This document shows, one piece after another, positions 58,501 through 64,000 of a stretch of 64,000 nucleotides of DNA. Origin of the DNA: a virus; the IMG/VR virus record IMGVR_UViG_3300029374_000001, positions 96,001 to 160,000 of that record; one strand, 5' to 3'. Under the pieces are notes generated by a model. That model was not told the DNA's origin and searched no databases. It saw nothing but the letters and a program-made list of their open reading frames with translations. A program made the position numbers and the translations under genes. Position 1 is the first letter of the stretch; every line of letters begins with the position of its first letter.

Positions 58501-59653
58501 ATAATTCTTCCAAGTTTAATGGAGACTTGGCAAAGTATCGATTATTGATTTCTTGAATAGACTCTTTATCGTTGAGCTGTTCTAAGAACTTACGTTCTTT
58601 AGATTCTGGTAATGTTTTATAGAGTTTGTACTGATATCCTAAGTCGATTGCTTTATAACGATTCAGAATCATTTCTTTTGTGATATATTTCTTAGATTTT
58701 TTATGTGTACAAATCTCATACCATACATCAGGATCATGTTCACATCCCAAAGGGATCTGATCAGCCATCTTTAGAACAGTCTTAATTGCGTATAAGCTCG
58801 TAATAGAACGTCTCGGTATACCCCTAAGAGCCATAGTGAAAGAAATTGTCTGTTGATTGATTTTAATATCTGTCAGATTCAACTTAGTGATTTCATAACA
58901 ATATGCTTCTACACAATTATGGATATTATATGAGAACGTTTTATTCAAAGTGGCTGTCGGTCCTAAATCTTTTCTCAGAATAACCGCACTTCTGCTGAAT
59001 TGCGGTAACTGGTACATCATCTGAGAATTAGATATAATTAAATTTGGGTGTCGTCCTACATAATGATTCTGTATAAAATCATGAATCATTACGGAGGATT
59101 CTACAGATCCTTCTTTTAAGAATACATCTGGTATATAAGGAACTAATACTCTAACCAACTTCATATTATTTTGAATACGTTCCCACATAAAGGGATTGGC
59201 TTTCTTTCTATTCTTATAATATGCATTATATTCTGGTAAGAATTTAGTAGTGTTTTCAGAATCATTTGTTGTATAGATCAATACAATATTTGAGTACATT
59301 CCGTGTACGATTTTAAAATATCTTCTGATATGGGCAGCATAGTTAATAATAGATGCTGCTATAGAATATGGATCATTGATCTTTTTATATCGTAATCCAA
59401 TCATAAGAAACTGATATACATCTATAAATACGTTTATGGTTTGACTATAATTATCATTTGCATATTCATTTGAGATTATATTTCTGAGTTCATCGTATGT
59501 GATAAATTGCCCATATAGACTATGCTCTATAGGATAATTATCAAAAGATGTATAAATCATGAGTTGATCAACCCCAATGTTTCCAACGCTTATGACCTTT
59601 CCAATATAAAGTACATTGCTTGATAGCACTAAAGCAATCATCACAAATGCCAC
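58499..59653 (-). CDS. T4 RNase H / FEN-family 5'-3' exonuclease-like protein
   Basis: Similar to T4 rnh. INVFIDVYQF matches ICLIDFSQI (first Asp). IVLIYTTNDSENTTKFLPEYNAYYKNRKK matches IVLCIDNAKSGYWRRDFAYYYKKNRGK. LVPYIPDVFLKEGSVESSVMIHD...NLIISNSQMMYQL matches MPYIVMDIDKYEADDHIAVL...ILIISSDGDFTQL. The real start may be the ATG at 59563 (MIYTSF...), which would avoid the 85-nt overlap with the upstream gene. Confidence 0.55.
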   Translation of the reverse strand: MAFVMIALVLSSNVLYIGKVISVGNIGVDQLMIYTSFDNYPIEHSLYGQFITYDELRNIISNEYANDNYSQTINVFIDVYQFLMIGLRYKKINDPYSIAASIINYAAHIRRYFKIVHGMYSNIVLIYTTNDSENTTKFLPEYNAYYKNRKKANPFMWERIQNNMKLVRVLVPYIPDVFLKEGSVESSVMIHDFIQNHYVGRHPNLIISNSQMMYQLPQFSRSAVILRKDLGPTATLNKTFSYNIHNCVEAYCYEITKLNLTDIKINQQTISFTMALRGIPRRSITSLYAIKTVLKMADQIPLGCEHDPDVWYEICTHKKSKKYITKEMILNRYKAIDLGYQYKLYKTLPESKERKFLEQLNDKESIQEINNRYFAKSPLNLEEL

Positions 59654-60041
59654 TAAACATTAGTTTGGCCGGTGAGTTTACCGATCTTCCACAAATGACA
59701 CAATTATGAGGAAGTTCTTCTGCTCGGTTCATTCTATCTATACAGGACTGGCAGAATGGTGCTCTCATTTCTTCTGGTTTTGCTGAAGTATCTCGTTTAC
59801 AAATGAGACACTTATAATACCAGAGTTCTACTCTTGGAGGTTTATGGTTATCCATGACACAGGTTTCAAAGATACAACGTCCTGCCGTATCTTTAAATTT
59901 ACATTCATATTCGTCGGCATGTCTGCACATTTCAAACTGTTCATAAGGCCCAGGCCCGGTATCACCCTTCATCTCATCATTGTTTGATGGATCAGACGAT
60001 TTAAATCCGGTTGACTTTAATACATCATCTGATAGAGCCAT
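59568..60041 (-). CDS. Cys-rich zinc-finger protein (157 aa)
   Basis: Multiple CxxC pairs (CLICKRD, CQSCIDR, CVICGRS, CDDC), consistent with two or more Zn-binding modules. Confidence 0.5.
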   Translation of the reverse strand: MALSDDVLKSTGFKSSDPSNNDEMKGDTGPGPYEQFEMCRHADEYECKFKDTAGRCIFETCVMDNHKPPRVELWYYKCLICKRDTSAKPEEMRAPFCQSCIDRMNRAEELPHNCVICGRSVNSPAKLMFSGICDDCFSAIKQCTLYWKGHKRWKHWG

Positions 60042-60062
60042 GCTATTCCTCCATTCTATATA

Positions 60063-60437
60063 TTAGGATAATATATCTTTAGGGTCGATATATTTATTAG
60101 AAGATTTTGCTTTGGATGGCTTACCTAAGCTCTCCAAGCTATCTTTAAAATCATTTCTGAGACTGATTGTTTCTAAGATATCCTTGGTATGTCCATAACC
60201 TTTTTGTAATAAGACGGTAAGTAAGTTATGGGGTCCTTCTTCTGTTAAGAATGTTACACCTTTGAGTGGAGTTTCTTTGGCAATATCAATAACCCATTTT
60301 CTGAGTTCCAATTTCTCTTTACCATTTTCACCCCAGGCCAATTTACGCAGTAAGATAACCGAGTTACCTTTTGAATCTACAACTTCATCAATATCTCCGA
60401 CTTTGTAAGAAAAACTTTTGTCCATTTTATTTTTCAT
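60063..60437 (-). CDS. PC4/YdbC-like ssDNA-binding protein (124 aa)
   Basis: SFSYKVGDIDEVVDSKGNSVILLRKLAWGENGKEKLELRKWVIDIAKETPLKGVTFL resembles the PC4-like beta-sheet core (bacterial YdbC/DUF3276 pattern: f.l.kn.r.v.v.e..G...vdiR.w.......e..ptkKGisL). SD AAAGGAGGAATTCGAAATT-ATG. Confidence 0.45.
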   Translation of the reverse strand: MKNKMDKSFSYKVGDIDEVVDSKGNSVILLRKLAWGENGKEKLELRKWVIDIAKETPLKGVTFLTEEGPHNLLTVLLQKGYGHTKDILETISLRNDFKDSLESLGKPSKAKSSNKYIDPKDILS

Positions 60438-60481
60438 AATTTCGAATTCCTCCTTTGAATTATCATAGTGTCAAACTACGT

Positions 60482-60515
60482 AAAAAATAAGAGAGGAGCA
60501 CTAAGCCCCTCTCTT
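60482..60515 (-). terminator. rho-independent terminator (AAGAGAGG...CCTCTCTT plus T-run on the minus strand)
   Basis: An 8-bp stem with an 11-nt loop. The plus strand shows A7 immediately 5', which reads as a T-run on the minus strand after the hairpin. Confidence 0.6.
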
Positions 60516-60555
60516 ACCTTATTTTAGTCAATTCGAATTTACTAAAAGTCTTGGA

Positions 60556-61299
60556 TTAGTAGTTGATGTATCCGTTGTTGTTTCCAACAATGATATTTGT
60601 TTCTTCTGCAATTGCTTTAATTTCAGAAGCATTGAACTGACTAATCTGAATCAGCCAGGATGCCATCATCTGGTTACCCTGCAGAGGACGAATTGCCATA
60701 GCATCATATACAAAATGATCGCCTTCATCATTGTCTTTTCCGAAGATCAGAGTCAGCATACGACGAAGATCGAGTGTTACATATACAACACCATTGAAGA
60801 TACCACGGAACGGATCCACTTCATAAGTAGAATCGGAAGATACCAGATTCCAAATCGGTTCATATACTTCTTTTCCATCTTTACGTACATTTCTGAATAC
60901 AGAAGTATTGTTATCGAGATGGGTCGGAATCAGTCTCTGCAGAACAGATTTTGCTTCATCGGTGAGATCATAATTTCTCATAGAATCTGCACGTCCATTA
61001 ATGGATTCTACAATGGACAGAGCTGCTTTTTCTTTAGACATAGATTTTACGAATGCAACTTTTCCATCCGGAATATCTCTTTCTTCTACAAAACGGAATG
61101 CTACAGAAGTAGACAGCTGTCCATTAGGCTGAATACCAATCTTTACACCATTGATACAGGGTGTAATTGCTCCGAAGACTTTAGCAATCATCCGAGATAA
61201 TTTACTGGATGTTATAAGCTTGCTGGTTACATTACCAACAAAGTCACTTTTGACGATGTTAAGCTTTACAACATTTTCCTTCTTAACTTCTTCACTCAT
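60556..61299 (-). CDS. hypothetical protein (247 aa)
   Basis: ORF with SD AAAGGAGGAGAACAA-ATG. Confidence 0.5.
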   Translation of the reverse strand: MSEEVKKENVVKLNIVKSDFVGNVTSKLITSSKLSRMIAKVFGAITPCINGVKIGIQPNGQLSTSVAFRFVEERDIPDGKVAFVKSMSKEKAALSIVESINGRADSMRNYDLTDEAKSVLQRLIPTHLDNNTSVFRNVRKDGKEVYEPIWNLVSSDSTYEVDPFRGIFNGVVYVTLDLRRMLTLIFGKDNDEGDHFVYDAMAIRPLQGNQMMASWLIQISQFNASEIKAIAEETNIIVGNNNGYINY

Positions 61300-61433
61300 T
61301 TGTTCTCCTCCTTTGAGAAACAGTGTTAAAACAATTTTAATGATACGATTATCATTACGATATTGTTTTAACTAAAATAATATTTGAAACGCATAAAGCG
61401 TCTCATACCTATAATATATAATTTAATATAGAT

Positions 61434-62504
61434 TTAACGGAATCTTGATAAGATTCGATTTTGCTCATCTATACTAAATGCATCATTAATGGAATCTTTA
61501 TGGACTCCATTGGAATTATATATAAAGATGTATAATGCGCCATCTATCGTATTCCGAATTAACGTATACTTATTGGCTATACTGGATAGATCAATATCAT
61601 ACCAATATCGATACATAATAATGTCTTTTACATTATATCCAATTGTATTTCGCAATAAAGTATATAGGGCTTTATCATTCATCATATACGTCTTATCATA
61701 AGGAGATGCTTCATCTTTTTCTTCTGCTAAGACTTTTGTTTGAAATTCCATATTGATGATATTGTTAGAACAATCAACAATAAATAGAAAGTTAATAGCT
61801 TCTAAGAATGTTTTCATATTCATATATTCAGATATATCAACAATACCATTCGTTTCATGCTTAAGTAGCTCTGCTACTTTTTGTAAACAAGCATTGTACT
61901 TATTAATTTCATACTTCCCTAATAAAGGGATAATAGTATCTATCGTATCATCAAAGTATAACATAATGAATCGATAATGTTTTAGATTGAATTCATGATA
62001 AGGAATCGTTTCCATAAACTCTTCTATCTCATACGGATCATAGTTATAATAGTCCTGAATAACTCCAGATTGTAATAGAATATCAGAAACCATTTTCTTA
62101 TCTTTAGGATTTCGAAAAGCATCTTTATATTCCGTAGGACACTTTTGATACTCTTTCATAATTTCGATAGGATGGATGACTGTAGTTACTCCATCATAAT
62201 TCGAATAAGCACTTTCTTCATTGGATGAATATTCTATATAGAGATCATCCATACGAAGTTTACTATTAGCTTGTAAAATTCCTATCTGCAGTAATCCAGT
62301 AGGAATCAATCTTGTATATTTTCTGTTTAATAGTTCTATGGATAAAGTATAAATTTCTTTAGTTCGTTCGTCTTGTACTGTCACTTTGCGTCTATTTCTG
62401 TCTATAATACGAATCATATGATCTTCTGTAAACCATCTGGTTCCAATATTATATAAAAAGTTGTATCGAGTTTTACCTGTTCTACAACGAACCTGTTCCA
62501 GCAT
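61434..62504 (-). CDS. hypothetical protein (356 aa)
   Basis: ORF with SD AAAAGGAGAAAAGT-ATG. Confidence 0.5.
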   Translation of the reverse strand: MLEQVRCRTGKTRYNFLYNIGTRWFTEDHMIRIIDRNRRKVTVQDERTKEIYTLSIELLNRKYTRLIPTGLLQIGILQANSKLRMDDLYIEYSSNEESAYSNYDGVTTVIHPIEIMKEYQKCPTEYKDAFRNPKDKKMVSDILLQSGVIQDYYNYDPYEIEEFMETIPYHEFNLKHYRFIMLYFDDTIDTIIPLLGKYEINKYNACLQKVAELLKHETNGIVDISEYMNMKTFLEAINFLFIVDCSNNIINMEFQTKVLAEEKDEASPYDKTYMMNDKALYTLLRNTIGYNVKDIIMYRYWYDIDLSSIANKYTLIRNTIDGALYIFIYNSNGVHKDSINDAFSIDEQNRILSRFR

Positions 62505-62528
62505 ACTTTTCTCCTTTTGAAATAATAG

Positions 62529-62557
62529 TGTACTCCAAGCTATATAGCTTGGAGTAC
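62529..62557 (-). terminator. hairpin terminator (GTACTCCAAGCTATATAGCTTGGAGTAC)
   Basis: Perfect palindrome after the stop of 62590..63894. The minus strand then reads TTTATAG followed by CACTATTATT. Confidence 0.55.
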
Positions 62558-62589
62558 TTTATAGTTCATTTCATTATAATAATATATAA

Positions 62590-63894
62590 TTACAGATTCG
62601 TTTTGAAAGTTAGCAGTTTCTTGATCCAATCATATGCATGGCCTAATGTATAATTAGAGAACTTAACTTTATCATTATTAAAAGGAGAATCTTGATAGGT
62701 CTTGATAATATCAAAATCTGGTTCTTCTTTCAATACAATTTCAGAATACTTATTGATATCGTTTAGTATCTTAGAACGAGCTTTGTTTAGTGTTCTGATT
62801 TCTGTAGGCTTGGTTTTTCTATCATGAATCTTCTCTTCCAAGAGTATATTCATATACCAAAGTTTACAGATACAGTACTTCATTCCAGTTGTATTCTTAT
62901 TTTTCTCATACATCTTAAGAGCTAAATGAGTTCTGGAATATTCTCCTTCAAAATTAATTCGTCTTCCTTTAGAGATTAAGAGATCTCCATCTTTATTAAA
63001 TTCTACGGGGAATTCGTTGGTCATAACTGCTTCTAACATAGACGATTTGAATGGGATCTTCATCATCTTTTTGTCCAGATAATATCGGAAATATTTGTAT
63101 CGGTTGTTTAATGAGAAGAACTCTCTAAATCCGCCCATATAGATTTTATATAAGAACAGATGTATCGGAATATCAATCTTATACTTTCTATATAGCTCTA
63201 CTATAATAGCATTCAGATATAACTTAAGAGCTCCTATATTATTAATATCTATCTTAGCAAAGCCAGTATTGTATAGCGTATCTTGGGTTACGCCTTTAAG
63301 TATATCATATTTAGGAATCTCAAAGACAATAAACTTTGTAGACTCTGGTAAAATATCTATTCTTTTATTGAATGTGTATACTTTATTATTCTGGTCTATA
63401 CCAATTTCTATAGCATTTTTAGTTTCGTTAATTGTCTGAACTAGATATAGCCGTATAATATATTGGTTATCTCTATTTAACTCGCAGAATAAAAAGTAGG
63501 AATCGGGTGAATTGTATTCTGGGCTGATATTCTGTTCACTTCCAGATAAAGACTTCATATAATCCATTACATTGATAATATGAACATGATCGATAATCTG
63601 ACTCATATATTTATATGCGCCTTGTTGTATTTTAGCCAGCTTATCTAAAGTTATGGAAATTTCAGGACTCCATCCCAATTCAATCTGGCCCTGTTTATCT
63701 CCCTTTGCCTTGAGATCCAAAATCACATCCATGTACGAATTTCCATATTTAGTTGCATAGGATGACATATTTTTTCCAGTAATATATTCGTTCCATTTCT
63801 GCCAGAAATCATAAGAGATTACATCAGTTTTTCCATATTTTGGTTCTCCATTAGAATTTAGATATAATATTTTTGCATCTTCTGATCTAAACAT
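62590..63894 (-). CDS. hypothetical protein (434 aa)
   Basis: ORF. The upstream region runs off the window. Confidence 0.5.
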   Translation of the reverse strand: MFRSEDAKILYLNSNGEPKYGKTDVISYDFWQKWNEYITGKNMSSYATKYGNSYMDVILDLKAKGDKQGQIELGWSPEISITLDKLAKIQQGAYKYMSQIIDHVHIINVMDYMKSLSGSEQNISPEYNSPDSYFLFCELNRDNQYIIRLYLVQTINETKNAIEIGIDQNNKVYTFNKRIDILPESTKFIVFEIPKYDILKGVTQDTLYNTGFAKIDINNIGALKLYLNAIIVELYRKYKIDIPIHLFLYKIYMGGFREFFSLNNRYKYFRYYLDKKMMKIPFKSSMLEAVMTNEFPVEFNKDGDLLISKGRRINFEGEYSRTHLALKMYEKNKNTTGMKYCICKLWYMNILLEEKIHDRKTKPTEIRTLNKARSKILNDINKYSEIVLKEEPDFDIIKTYQDSPFNNDKVKFSNYTLGHAYDWIKKLLTFKTNL

Positions 63895-64000
63895 GGGACA
63901 CTGACAATTATAATTGGTAAAGATATTTTCTGACTTATATTCTGATTCTAAATCTTCTTTAATAATATCGGTATGATAATCTAAATCAAAATCAGAAGCA

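Noticed and set aside
2175-62557. The possibility that the recurring palindromes are a CRISPR array
   Set aside because: They are dispersed over 60 kb at gene boundaries, are individually palindromic, and are not evenly spaced direct repeats with unique spacers.

Overview
This 64 kb window is AT-rich (about 30% GC) and densely coding. Most genes have strong Shine-Dalgarno sites (AAGGAGG-type), the promoters look sigma70-like, and there are many perfect palindromic hairpin terminators. I read it as part of a large tailed dsDNA phage or prophage of a low-GC Gram-positive (Firmicutes-type) host. In order along the window:

1. An adhesin/fibre module on the minus strand: a BspA-type LRR protein and a 2226-aa fibre with C-terminal Ig-like tandem repeats.
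2. A long translationally coupled minus-strand operon (10.5-19.9 kb) of unknown proteins, led by an RNase HI-like gene.
3. Several small genes and a cluster of small membrane proteins.
4. A roughly 1 kb divergent non-coding region with iteron-like repeats, an AT-rich tract and a GC-rich pyrimidine-skewed island that ends in a G-run hairpin.
5. A nucleotide-metabolism module: a thymidylate-kinase-like protein with an aberrant P-loop, a Rossmann-like ORF, and a 435-aa ThyX with a roughly 170-aa insertion.
6. Two paralogous HNH-like proteins, one of which has lost its Cys ligands.
7. A roughly 2950-aa tape-measure-like protein with Gly-rich hydrophobic segments plus lysozyme and M23 peptidase domains, followed by an SH3b-containing protein.
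8. Further large ORFs of unknown (probably structural) function.
9. A replication-accessory cluster: T4 RNase H/FEN-like, Cys-rich zinc-finger and PC4-like ssDNA-binding proteins.

I saw no rRNA, tRNA or CRISPR array. The signals I consider most notable are a conserved extended promoter family (TTTTGTAATCTAA, 17 bp, TATATA), a sequence-related hairpin family (CCCATAG..CATATG..CTATGGG), the unusual ThyX and kinase-like pair, and the structured non-coding region at 29.7-30.7 kb.
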